From NCBI GenBank assembly GCA_024279095.1, contig JAJRRY010000157.1:2040-66039 (forward strand): a stretch of 64,000 nucleotides of DNA, read 5' to 3'. Positions 46,523-55,648 of the stretch are shown here, piece after piece. The position numbers and the translations under genes were made by a program. This DNA is from Alphaproteobacteria bacterium. Its GTDB lineage: Bacteria > Pseudomonadota > Alphaproteobacteria > Rhizobiales > Aestuariivirgaceae. The number at the start of each line of letters is the position of its first letter. Position 1 is the stretch's first letter. The notes beneath the pieces were generated by a model, which worked only from the letters and a program-made list of their open reading frames with translations, did not search any database and had not been told where the DNA came from.

Positions 46523-48238
46523 ATGTCCGATTTGCTCAAGACCATCGGTTCCATGGTGGTGGCTGCGGGCCTCACGCTGGTGTCCGCCAGCATGCCGGCC
46601 ACTGCGGCGGAAAAGGAAAAGGCGGAAGACGGAAGCCGGATCGAGTTTGGCATCAATGAATATTCCGATCTGCCCGCACGTCCGCACATGGTGAGCGCTT
46701 TCACGCTCAAGGAGCTCTCGACCACCGCCGACCACTCGAAGTTCAAGGAGCTGCAGGGGCCATTCAAGTCTGGTCCGGAGGTCACGAAGGCCTGTCTGTC
46801 CTGCCACAACAAGGCCGGACAGCAGTTGCGGAACAACGTTCACTGGACATGGGAATACACCCATCCGGTCACCGGCCAGAAGCTGGGCAAGGAACGCCTG
46901 ATCAACAACTTCTGCACCAACGCCCGCGGCAACGAGGGCATGTGCGCCCAGTGTCACGCCGGTTTCGGTCGCACATCGCCCGACTATGACCTGGACAAGG
47001 TGGAGAACATCGACTGCCTCGCCTGCCACGAATCCACAGGCAAGTACTACAAGCTGCCGCCGACCCGCGGCAACAAGGCCTGCGCCGTCATGTTCGAGGG
47101 CAAGAAGCCCATCGACTGGGCAAAGACCGCACAGAGCGTCAAGATGCCGGGCCGCAACAACTGCGGCATGTGTCACTTCTACGGCGGCGGCGGCGACAAC
47201 GTGAAACATGGCGACCTGTCTTCCGTCCTCTACGACCCGCCGAAGGACGTGGACGTGCACATGAGCCGGGATGGTGCCAAGCTGGTCTGCATCGATTGCC
47301 ATGTCGGCTCGGGCCACAAGTGGGCCGGTTCCCGCTACAACATGACCGTCGGCGATTCCGGAAAACGCCCCGCCGGCGCGCCGCGCACAAAGGCCACCTG
47401 CACCAGCTGTCATACCGACAGCCCGCACAACAGCACCTCCATCACCGGCATCAAGCTCAATGGTCATGTGGACAAGGTGGCCTGCGAAAGCTGCCACATC
47501 CCGGCATTCGCCCGGGGCGGCGTGGCCACCAAGATCTTCTGGGACTGGCGCACGGCCGGCCGTCTCAAGAACGGCGAGGGCTATCGCGAAGAGGGATACA
47601 TTCAGGGCAACGGGAAACCCCGCCACACCTACAAGTCCATCAAGGGCTCCTTCAAGTATGGCGAGAACATCCGCCCTGTCTATCGCTGGTTCAACGGGGT
47701 CATGCGCTATACCACCATCGACACCCGCTTCGACCCCTCCAAGCCGGTACAGATCAACTACTTTTCCGGCTCCTATGACGACCCGAAGTCGCGCATCTAC
47801 CCATTCAAGAAGATGCGGACCTTCCAGCCCTACGACAAGGGGAACAACACCCTCGTCTACATGCATCTGTGGGGCGACGACAAGGATGCCTTCTGGGGCA
47901 ACTACAATTTCGCCCGGGCCATCGCGCGGGGCATGAAGGACAACGGCATTCCCTACTCCGGCGAATACGGCTTTGTCGAAACCTGGTCCTGGTGGCCCAT
48001 CAACCACATGGTGGCACCGAAGGAAAAGGCCGTGCAGTGCGAGGAGTGCCACACCCGCGAGAACGGCCGGCTGGCGGATCTCGGCGGCTTCTACATGCCC
48101 GGCCGCGACAGGTGGTGGTGGCTGGACCTCCTGGGATGGCTGGCCATCTTCGGCGCCCTCGCGCTAGTCGTCGTCCACACCATCGCCCGCATCGTCATGA
48201 AGAACCGGTACGGCGCCGCGCCCGAAGGGAAGGAGTGA
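46523..48238 (+). CDS. octaheme c-type cytochrome, tetrathionate reductase (Otr) family, with C-terminal membrane anchor
   Basis: Signal peptide. Eight CxxCH motifs counted: CLSCH, CAQCH, CLACH, CGMCH, CIDCH, CTSCH, CESCH, CEECH. C-terminal helix WLDLLGWLAIFGALALVVVHTIARIV. Confidence 0.85.
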   Translation: MSDLLKTIGSMVVAAGLTLVSASMPATAAEKEKAEDGSRIEFGINEYSDLPARPHMVSAFTLKELSTTADHSKFKELQGPFKSGPEVTKACLSCHNKAGQQLRNNVHWTWEYTHPVTGQKLGKERLINNFCTNARGNEGMCAQCHAGFGRTSPDYDLDKVENIDCLACHESTGKYYKLPPTRGNKACAVMFEGKKPIDWAKTAQSVKMPGRNNCGMCHFYGGGGDNVKHGDLSSVLYDPPKDVDVHMSRDGAKLVCIDCHVGSGHKWAGSRYNMTVGDSGKRPAGAPRTKATCTSCHTDSPHNSTSITGIKLNGHVDKVACESCHIPAFARGGVATKIFWDWRTAGRLKNGEGYREEGYIQGNGKPRHTYKSIKGSFKYGENIRPVYRWFNGVMRYTTIDTRFDPSKPVQINYFSGSYDDPKSRIYPFKKMRTFQPYDKGNNTLVYMHLWGDDKDAFWGNYNFARAIARGMKDNGIPYSGEYGFVETWSWWPINHMVAPKEKAVQCEECHTRENGRLADLGGFYMPGRDRWWWLDLLGWLAIFGALALVVVHTIARIVMKNRYGAAPEGKE

Positions 48239-48242
48239 TCCC

Positions 48243-48995
48243 ATGCCCCTCAGGAAAAGGAAAGACGACGGAAAGCTCTGCGCCCACGTGGTGATCTACA
48301 CCCGTTACGAGCGCTTCTGGCACTGGACGCAGGCGGCCCTGATCTTTACGCTCGCCTTCACCGGTCTGAACATCCACGGCGTCTATCATGTCATGTCCAT
48401 GGAGACGGCCGTTGTCACCCATGACATTGCCGCCACGCTGCTCATTCTGCTGTGGATCTTCACCACGTTCTGGAACTTCACCACCGGCAACTGGAAGCAG
48501 TTCCTCCCCTTCCTGCAGGTCCATCCGGAGGACGGCCGTTTCGTCACCGGACTGAAAATCTTCATAAACCGCCTGTGGGCCGTGGTACGCTACTACGCAT
48601 GGGGCATCCTGAAGGGCGAGCCGCACCCCCACAAGAAAACCCTGCAACGCAAGCAGAATCCCCTGCAGGCACTGGCCTATCTGACCTTCATGATCGTCAT
48701 CGGTCCGGCCCTGTGGATCTCGGGCATATTCTACATCCTCTACGACCTGTGGAACGACTTCGCCGGATCGCAGATGTGGTTCCAGGCCACCGTCTTCGTC
48801 CACACGGCAGCCGCCTTCGCCATGATCGCCTTCGTGATCATTCATGTCTACATGACCACCACCGGAAAGACCCCCCTGCACTACATCAAGGGCATGATCA
48901 CCGGCGTGGAGGAAGTGGAACTCTCCGAGATCGAAAAGGAATACCTCGAAACTCATGCTCCGGATCTCCTGAAGGACGAGAACGCAAGCTGCTGA
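48243..48995 (+). CDS. membrane b-type cytochrome (FdnI / Ni-Fe hydrogenase cytochrome b family)
   Basis: Starts 5 nt after the Otr stop. YERFWHWTQAALIFTLAFTGLNIHG, with 4-5 TM helices bearing conserved His. Confidence 0.75.
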   Translation: MPLRKRKDDGKLCAHVVIYTRYERFWHWTQAALIFTLAFTGLNIHGVYHVMSMETAVVTHDIAATLLILLWIFTTFWNFTTGNWKQFLPFLQVHPEDGRFVTGLKIFINRLWAVVRYYAWGILKGEPHPHKKTLQRKQNPLQALAYLTFMIVIGPALWISGIFYILYDLWNDFAGSQMWFQATVFVHTAAAFAMIAFVIIHVYMTTTGKTPLHYIKGMITGVEEVELSEIEKEYLETHAPDLLKDENASC

Positions 48996-49075
48996 GCCCC
49001 CTCGCCCCTTGAAACCGGCACCGGGCGCCCCCTTATCAGGTAGAGGAACACGCACGGGAAGGGCCGGCAAACCTG

Positions 49076-49663
49076 ATGAACGAAGGTATCCGGAAGAATG
49101 CGACGGAACAGGAGGGAATGGCGCGGAGCACCCTGCGCGACTGGTGGCAGGCGCGTCACCGCATCGCCATGGAAGCCCTCTTCCTGAGCGTCGTCGTGAT
49201 GACCGTCATCGGTATCGCCCTGACCAACATCGCACCGGCAGCCAGCTACCGCTACTGGCTCTTCACGGTCGGCCTGTTCGCCATCGCCGGTGTCCTGACG
49301 GGCAATCTCCGCGCCTGGGAGGAACATCGCTCCCTGTTCCACGTCACGCTGGAACAGACGGTCCACTGGACGGTGACCCTGCTGGCGGTCCTCATCGTGC
49401 ATCTGATGCTGCTCAGCGGCCGCCTGACCTTCGAGGCTACGGGACTGATCCTCATGCTCCTGCTCGGACAGGCGGTGGCTTTGGACGGTTTCTACCGCAC
49501 CGGCTGGCGCTTCGCCGTGCTCGGCCTGACCATCATGGCCATGGCCCTGTTTGCGGCCTGGTTTGCCGCCTACGTCTGGATGATTGTCGCTGGCGGCCTG
49601 CTGCTGTGGCTGATCGCCATGCTTCTCGACATCTATCTGCCGCACCCGGCGGAGAGGCGTTGA
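49076..49663 (+). CDS. integral membrane protein, unknown function
   Basis: 195 aa with 5-6 hydrophobic helices. Ends 12 nt from the nosY stop (convergent). Confidence 0.5.
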   Translation: MNEGIRKNATEQEGMARSTLRDWWQARHRIAMEALFLSVVVMTVIGIALTNIAPAASYRYWLFTVGLFAIAGVLTGNLRAWEEHRSLFHVTLEQTVHWTVTLLAVLIVHLMLLSGRLTFEATGLILMLLLGQAVALDGFYRTGWRFAVLGLTIMAMALFAAWFAAYVWMIVAGGLLLWLIAMLLDIYLPHPAERR

Positions 49664-49675
49664 ATGCGCGTCCCC

Positions 49676-50506
49676 TCAGGGCAGATCCGTGCGGCGAAAG
49701 ATCAGGAAGCCGATACCCGCCAGCAGGAAACCCAGCAGCAGCGGATAGAGCAGCGCATAGGCCATGAAGCCGGCATTGCCAAAGAAATCGAGGATGATGT
49801 AGGCCGCCGGCCCCAGAAGGATGAGCTGCGGATCGAAAAGCATCATGGCCCCGATGCGGAAGACTTCCAGCGGATTGGAGAGTGCCAGCCCGACGACCAC
49901 CTCCGCCGGCGTCTGGAACTGGATCAGCAGACCGATCAGGATCAGGTCCAGGAACATCAGCATCACCAGCCACAGGAAGAAGGCCACCGACTGCGCCACG
50001 TCGGAGGTACGCGACATGGCCGAGATCAGGAAGGAGATGCCGAGAAAGCAGAAGGCCAGCGATACCAGCAACGCCGAATACCAGGCGAAGTCCCGCCACG
50101 GGATCTCCTCCGCTCCCATGAACAGGCCAACCACGAGGGAGATTCCCATCGCCGCGAACACCGGAATGAACACCACGATGAACCGCCCGATGAAGCGGCC
50201 CCAGTACCAGCTGGAGAGCGAGACCGGAAACGAAAGCATGTACTCGTAGACGCCCGCCTCGCGGTCACCGGCCAGCGAGCGGACCGTGGACAGCAGCACG
50301 AAGATCGGCAGAATGGCCATGGTCAGCTGAATGAAAGTCACCAGCATGCGTGACAAGCCGGTGAACCCCATGACGCGGGACTCCGTCAGGCCGAACACGA
50401 AAAGCGTGGCGATCAGCCCCCCGAAGACCAGCGCATAGAGCGCAAACCACTTCGAGCGGATGGACTCGGAAATGTCGAGCCGCGCCGTCTGCCAGAACGA
50501 ATACAT
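49676..50506 (-). CDS. nosY: ABC-2 type permease NosY
   Basis: 6 TM helices and an AGDREAGVYEYMLSFPV block. Position in the nos cluster. Confidence 0.8.
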   Translation of the reverse strand: MYSFWQTARLDISESIRSKWFALYALVFGGLIATLFVFGLTESRVMGFTGLSRMLVTFIQLTMAILPIFVLLSTVRSLAGDREAGVYEYMLSFPVSLSSWYWGRFIGRFIVVFIPVFAAMGISLVVGLFMGAEEIPWRDFAWYSALLVSLAFCFLGISFLISAMSRTSDVAQSVAFFLWLVMLMFLDLILIGLLIQFQTPAEVVVGLALSNPLEVFRIGAMMLFDPQLILLGPAAYIILDFFGNAGFMAYALLYPLLLGFLLAGIGFLIFRRTDLP

Positions 50507-50515
50507 CCTGATACC

Positions 50516-51019
50516 TCACCTCTGTGCCGCCGGATCGTCCGGACCAAGCAGATCGTGATTCTCGCACCGCGAACTCAGGCCGCGCGCGATCACCTGCTTC
50601 TTCATCTCCTCGTAATCCACTGCGCCTTCGCGTTTCTCCGTGATGGCACCGAAACCGTAGTCCATCGGCGTGGTCTGGCCGGGCAGATACCAGGCCTTGC
50701 GGGCATCCAGCCACTTGCGACCGGTCTTCATGTCCGCCACCCAGATCTCCTTTGCCCGACGGCCGTCCTTGTACCATTTCTGGCGGATCATCCAGTGAAT
50801 GGCATCGCCGATGTCATCGAACTTGTGGATTTTTCCGTCCGGATCACGAATTTCAGCCGCAAAGCGTGGATCGGAAATGATCATGTTGCAGATTTCGCAG
50901 GTCTCCCGGTCGTAGCGGATTTTCTCCGGCCCCGTCTTCTCCTTGCACGCGGAGAGACCGCCCGCCGCGATGACGCAGCAGGACAGCACGATCAGCCGCC
51001 TGCGGGAAAGCTCAGGCAT
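50516..51019 (-). CDS. nosL: copper-chaperone lipoprotein NosL
   Basis: Lipobox GLSAC. CEICNMIISDPRFAAEI ... KFDDIGDAIHW is typical of NosL. Confidence 0.8.
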   Translation of the reverse strand: MPELSRRRLIVLSCCVIAAGGLSACKEKTGPEKIRYDRETCEICNMIISDPRFAAEIRDPDGKIHKFDDIGDAIHWMIRQKWYKDGRRAKEIWVADMKTGRKWLDARKAWYLPGQTTPMDYGFGAITEKREGAVDYEEMKKQVIARGLSSRCENHDLLGPDDPAAQR

Positions 51020-51881
51020 CCGCCTTCTCCCTGCTCAGGTCATGCATGTTCAGATCGGCGATGACGCCGACATAGCGCGCCAGCATGCCGAGGAAACGCA
51101 ACCGGTCCGGACCGGCCACGATACCCGTCCAAGTGATACCTCCATCCGCGCTCTCGAAGCCCCATTCGCCGATGGCTCGCGCAAAGGCCTCTTCCGGCTT
51201 GCGCAAAACGATGCGCACCTCCTGCCGAAGTCCGGGATCGATGGCGTCCTCGACACGGTCATCCAGCACCACCTTGCCGCGATCCATCTCGATCACCCGG
51301 TTGACCAGCATGGCCACTTCCTCAAGTCGGTGTGAGGAGATGATCATCGACTTGTCCAGCCGCTCGGCCAGCAGGTCGAAAAGGATCTGCCGGGCCGCAG
51401 GATCCAGATTGGCCGTCGGCTCATCCATGATGAGCACATCGGCGTCCCGTCCCATGGCAATGGCGATCAGCAGCTTCTGTTTCTGGCCGCCGGACAGCTT
51501 CATGAAAGGACGCTTGCGCACCTCGCCGATGTCCAGACCCATGCGCTCGGCAATACTGCCGATGCGTTCTTCCGTGGTGTGGCAGAGCCGCGAGGCGAAA
51601 TTCACCAGCTCGCCAACGGGCATGCGCAGCGGCGGCGGCATCTGGGGGACGAAGGCGATCTTCTGCAATACGCTGGTACGCGCCGAACGGGGCGAGACGC
51701 CATCCACCAGCACTTCGCCATCATAGACGTATTCGCCCAGAATGCAGCGGATCATGGTGGTTTTTCCGGCACCATTCGATCCAATCAGCGCAATCCGGTC
51801 TCCGGCGTCGATTCTCAGGGACAGTCCGTCGAGCACGCGCGTGCGCCGGAACGTCTTGGATACGTTTTTCAGTTCGATCAT
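51012..51881 (-). CDS. nosF: ABC transporter ATP-binding protein NosF
   Basis: Internal ATG at 51881 (MIELKNVSKTF). Walker A GSNGAGKTT, LSGGQKQK, Walker B VLIMDEP. Confidence 0.85.
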   Translation of the reverse strand: MIELKNVSKTFRRTRVLDGLSLRIDAGDRIALIGSNGAGKTTMIRCILGEYVYDGEVLVDGVSPRSARTSVLQKIAFVPQMPPPLRMPVGELVNFASRLCHTTEERIGSIAERMGLDIGEVRKRPFMKLSGGQKQKLLIAIAMGRDADVLIMDEPTANLDPAARQILFDLLAERLDKSMIISSHRLEEVAMLVNRVIEMDRGKVVLDDRVEDAIDPGLRQEVRIVLRKPEEAFARAIGEWGFESADGGITWTGIVAGPDRLRFLGMLARYVGVIADLNMHDLSREKADA

Positions 51882-52078
51882 CTGCCGCCTTCCGTTCCCC
51901 ATGAGGCCGGGGCACGATGTCCCGGCATGAGCCGCGGGAAGTCTCGTTGCGAACCGCTTCCCTGCGGCATGCATCGTCGGGCCCGGCCATGCCGTTTCCG
52001 GAGCCCTCGGCAGCAAGCCACGCTCACGTCGGCATGTCCTTGACCATGCTCAAGCGTTCAGCCCCCTGAAGAGCAGCC

Positions 52079-53056
52079 TCAGAGCAGTTTGTCCAGCCCT
52101 TTCACGCGGAATGTGAGCGCGCCCGTGGGGCAGGCTTCGATGCACATCGCGCAGCGCGTGCAGTCGGCGCCGATATCGATATGCGGACGTGTCGCCCTGC
52201 CCTTCTTGGTGATCTCCAGCACGTGCGGAACCAGGCAGACCTTGCGGCATTCGCCCTCGTGCAGGCACTTGGAGAGATCATAATGCACCGTCGTCGGCGA
52301 GACCGATCCCACGAAAGCATAGGTCATGCCGATGGGGCACATGTAGCGGCACCAGAAGCGGCGGATGAAGAACAGCTCGATGAAAAGCAGCACGCCCACC
52401 CAGATCATGCCGGCAAGTGTTCCATAGATCAGGGCGCGGGATGTGATTCCCACCGGCGAGATCCATTCGAACACCGTATAACCAGTGACGAAGGCAAGAA
52501 GCGCGAAGACGACGTAGAGCACGGTACGCACGCCGCGATGAAGTTGATAGTCCTTCGCCCAGCCCTTTTCGGCCAGCCGCACATGCAGCATCTCCACCCA
52601 TTCGGAAAGCAGATGGTAGGGGCACGTCCAGGCGCAGAAGGAGCGCCCGCCGACCAGCCACCACAACACTGCCACTGTCGCCGTGCCGATCACCAGGTTG
52701 ATCAGCATTTCCTTGAAAGCCAGCGTCACCTGCAGGGAAGAGTTGAGGTCGGCAAAATGGAAGCCGATGACGCGTGAGGCGGTCAGAGCACCCTCCACGA
52801 GCTGCACGTCGAAGTGATAGGAGATGACGAACAGCAGGTTCACGAAGATGATCGTCGGCCAGCGCCATTTGCGCCAGGAGAAGCTTTCCTTCTTGTGCGC
52901 CAGCTCCTCGGCAATCAGCCGGCGGCGCTCGGCGCGCTGCTCCGGCGTGTTCTTGAACTCGTGGAGCTTGCGCGCCTCTTCGGTGAAGTCTTCCTTGCCC
53001 GGCTTGCGCGGCTCCGCGCCGAACATCTGCCGAAGGCTCTCGACATAGAGGTTCAT
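52079..53056 (-). CDS. nosH: NapH-like membrane iron-sulfur protein NosH
   Basis: 4 TM helices. Cys motifs CAWTCPYH and CRYMCPIG, plus two ferredoxin-type clusters: CLHEGECRKVC and CTRCAMCIEACP. Confidence 0.7.
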   Translation of the reverse strand: MNLYVESLRQMFGAEPRKPGKEDFTEEARKLHEFKNTPEQRAERRRLIAEELAHKKESFSWRKWRWPTIIFVNLLFVISYHFDVQLVEGALTASRVIGFHFADLNSSLQVTLAFKEMLINLVIGTATVAVLWWLVGGRSFCAWTCPYHLLSEWVEMLHVRLAEKGWAKDYQLHRGVRTVLYVVFALLAFVTGYTVFEWISPVGITSRALIYGTLAGMIWVGVLLFIELFFIRRFWCRYMCPIGMTYAFVGSVSPTTVHYDLSKCLHEGECRKVCLVPHVLEITKKGRATRPHIDIGADCTRCAMCIEACPTGALTFRVKGLDKLL

Positions 53057-53059
53057 GGC

Positions 53060-53848
53060 TCAGGCCTCCCCGTACTTCTTGCGCGGAATGATCTCGATGC
53101 TTGGCGGATCCACTGGGCAGATCATCTCGCACATGCCGCATCCCACGCACTTGTCCGTCACCACGGGCGTTTTCCGTTTGTCGTTCGGGTCATCGCTCAT
53201 CGGCTCCAGCCGGATGGCGTCCTTGATAGGACACTCGCGAACGCACAGGTCGCACAGCTCCAGATCGTAGGGATGATCCGCAATGCGGATGGGGTTCCAT
53301 CGGTCCACTTCGATGTAACGGTGCAGGCCGGGAAAGTCGTCACCGCGTGCCGTACCCTTGAAGCCCAGCCCCTTGCGCGCAAGACAGGTGTCCGGACGGG
53401 TGAGCACGGCCAGGCCCATGCGCACCTGTTCCTTCTTGTCGATCTCGTGGGTCAGAGCTCCCGTCGGGCAGGCCAGGATGCACTGCACGGCATCACAGGA
53501 AAAGTCGCAGGCCTGATCCCGCGCCACGATGTGCGGTACGCCATTGCCGAATCCATCCTCGAAGTCGGCAAGGATGATCGCCTCCACGGGACAGACCTGC
53601 ACGCACTGCCCGCACTTGATGCAGGCTGCCAGGAATTCCCGTTCCTCGATGGCGCCCGGCGGCCGCAGTCTGTCTTCCGCCTTGGCATACGTCATGACGG
53701 GATAGTAGCCCGCCAGTCCCAGTCCCACGACCGCACCGCCGGTCAGGATGGAAAGCACCAGCGCCCTGCGGCGCTCGCGCTCCCGTCGGCTCATGCGCTT
53801 TTTCGGCTTCTTCGCCGGCGCATTGCCCTTGCTTGCTTCATCACTCAT
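53060..53848 (-). CDS. nosG: NapG-like periplasmic poly-ferredoxin NosG
   Basis: Tat-like N-terminus RRERERRRALVLSILTGG. Four Cys clusters, including CIKCGQCVQVCP, CDLCVRECP and CVGCGMCEMICP. Confidence 0.7.
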   Translation of the reverse strand: MSDEASKGNAPAKKPKKRMSRRERERRRALVLSILTGGAVVGLGLAGYYPVMTYAKAEDRLRPPGAIEEREFLAACIKCGQCVQVCPVEAIILADFEDGFGNGVPHIVARDQACDFSCDAVQCILACPTGALTHEIDKKEQVRMGLAVLTRPDTCLARKGLGFKGTARGDDFPGLHRYIEVDRWNPIRIADHPYDLELCDLCVRECPIKDAIRLEPMSDDPNDKRKTPVVTDKCVGCGMCEMICPVDPPSIEIIPRKKYGEA

Positions 53849-53988
53849 GATCGCACCCGTTCCATGCCGTGGTCAGCCATTTCCAACACCCTCCGCAATC
53901 GGCCACCGTTCTCCCCCTCGCCGTCGCGGTCCGCCGACCTCGCATTTCCCAATCGTCCATTCCGCCTCCTCATTCCGTGAAGGACGGA

Positions 53989-55416
53989 TCATTTCTTCTT
54001 CAATCCGAACGGATCGAAGTCCTCCAGACTTGTCCCGGCCTTCGACTCGCCCGTGGTCAGACCAAAGGTGGTCGTCTGCCTGCCCCTGTTGCCGCCACCG
54101 CCGACATAGTCCTTGGTGAGCGGTTCGAAATCCGGGCTGATACGCGGTTTCCGATCCTCCAGCATCAGCAGTGGATCAGTGAAAGGTGCCAAGCGCTCCA
54201 GAAAATCGAGCATGGTCAGCACAGGCGTGCCCTTGAAGAAGGCAGCCGGCTTGACGTCCATCCAGATGCGGTCCGCATAGACAAAAAGGCGATAGGGCTT
54301 GTCGCCGAAACCGTCGCCATCCCTATCGTAGCCTTCGTAGGTATCCCAGTAGTTCGCCTCCCAGACGTTGCGCTTCGCCGTCTCGAAAGCCGAAACGGAG
54401 ACATGCCGGATGTTGTTCATGAACCGGTTGTCCTTGAAGATGTTGCCCGACCAGTTGGTCAGGAAGCGCACGCCCATGTCATTGAAAGCAATGGTGTTGC
54501 GGTATATGCGTACCGTGGTATCCGGCTGAAAGGGCGAGGAATCCAGATACATCCCCACCGAATTGTAGAGTACCTCGTTGTCGAGGATGTCGATATTGCT
54601 TGCTTCCTTGAAACCGATACCGATGCCAGCGGCGCCGACCGCCTGCACGACACGGTTGCCGCGCACCACCACGGAATCGGAATACATCAGATAGATGCCG
54701 ACGGAATTACGCAGGTAGCTGTTGTTCTCCACCAGATTGTAGCGCGAATACATGAAGTGCAGACCGTAACGGCCATCGGTCGTCCGGTTGCCGGAAATGA
54801 TATTGTCGGCGGAATACCAGATGACAAAATCCCGTACATGATGAAGCGTGTTGTCCCGGATGCGGTTGTTCTTGGAATACCAGAGACGAATTCCATCACC
54901 ACGCAAGCCGAGACCAAGATTCTTGAAAGAAGAAATCTCGTTGCGTTTGATGATGTTGTTGTTCGACTGCTGCATGTCGATGCCGAACAGCACGTTGCGG
55001 ATGCGATTGTCTTTTACGACATTGAAATTGCCCCGCACCTGAATGCCGGCATCGAGTTCGTTGTAGTCGTCGCCTGAATTCTCGATGGTCAGGTTGCGCA
55101 CCGTGGCGCCATCCGTCTTCAGCACGATGACCGTGCCATCACCGCCACCATCGATGACGATCTTCTCGCGCGGACCGTCGCCAATCAGGGAGATTGCCTT
55201 GTCGACTACCACGTTGCCCTTGTAGCGGCCGGGTTTGAGCAGGATCATGTCGCCCGGCTTGGCGGCATCGATCAGCGGCTGAAGAGGCTTCAGCTCCTCC
55301 GCCAGCCCCTCTGCCGGGCGCACCGCCACCAGCACCAGCGCCATGAACAGCAGCAGAACTGCCGGCACGAGAAATGCGCTGCGCCGCGCTCCATATCTGC
55401 CCGAGGCGTGAATCAT
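53989..55416 (-). CDS. nosD: periplasmic beta-helix copper-maturation protein NosD
   Basis: Signal-anchor, then repeated right-handed beta-helix units (GIRLWYS.NN.I..N...). Start chosen at ATG 55416; the track ORF extends to 55476. Confidence 0.8.
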   Translation of the reverse strand: MIHASGRYGARRSAFLVPAVLLLFMALVLVAVRPAEGLAEELKPLQPLIDAAKPGDMILLKPGRYKGNVVVDKAISLIGDGPREKIVIDGGGDGTVIVLKTDGATVRNLTIENSGDDYNELDAGIQVRGNFNVVKDNRIRNVLFGIDMQQSNNNIIKRNEISSFKNLGLGLRGDGIRLWYSKNNRIRDNTLHHVRDFVIWYSADNIISGNRTTDGRYGLHFMYSRYNLVENNSYLRNSVGIYLMYSDSVVVRGNRVVQAVGAAGIGIGFKEASNIDILDNEVLYNSVGMYLDSSPFQPDTTVRIYRNTIAFNDMGVRFLTNWSGNIFKDNRFMNNIRHVSVSAFETAKRNVWEANYWDTYEGYDRDGDGFGDKPYRLFVYADRIWMDVKPAAFFKGTPVLTMLDFLERLAPFTDPLLMLEDRKPRISPDFEPLTKDYVGGGGNRGRQTTTFGLTTGESKAGTSLEDFDPFGLKKK

Positions 55417-55648
55417 GCCGAAATCCCGTCTGTCCTGAAACATGACCGCGACAATGTTTGGCCCCGAAAATCCCATGTTCGCACAATGGCTTGTCCGGGC
55501 ATATGCGGAACCAGCACCATTATCCGGTATAGTCCCGGCAAGGCTGCCGAAAATTGATCAAAGTCATGCTTGAGCCTGTTCCCCCGGAGGGCTTTCCGCG
55601 ATGCGGGAGCACGGGACACCCCGTGCTCCCGAAACATTGCGTAAGCCT

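Noticed and set aside
46364-48052. 562-aa minus-strand ORF opposite the octaheme cytochrome gene
   Set aside because: Shadow ORF. The plus strand encodes eight CxxCH motifs and a signal peptide.
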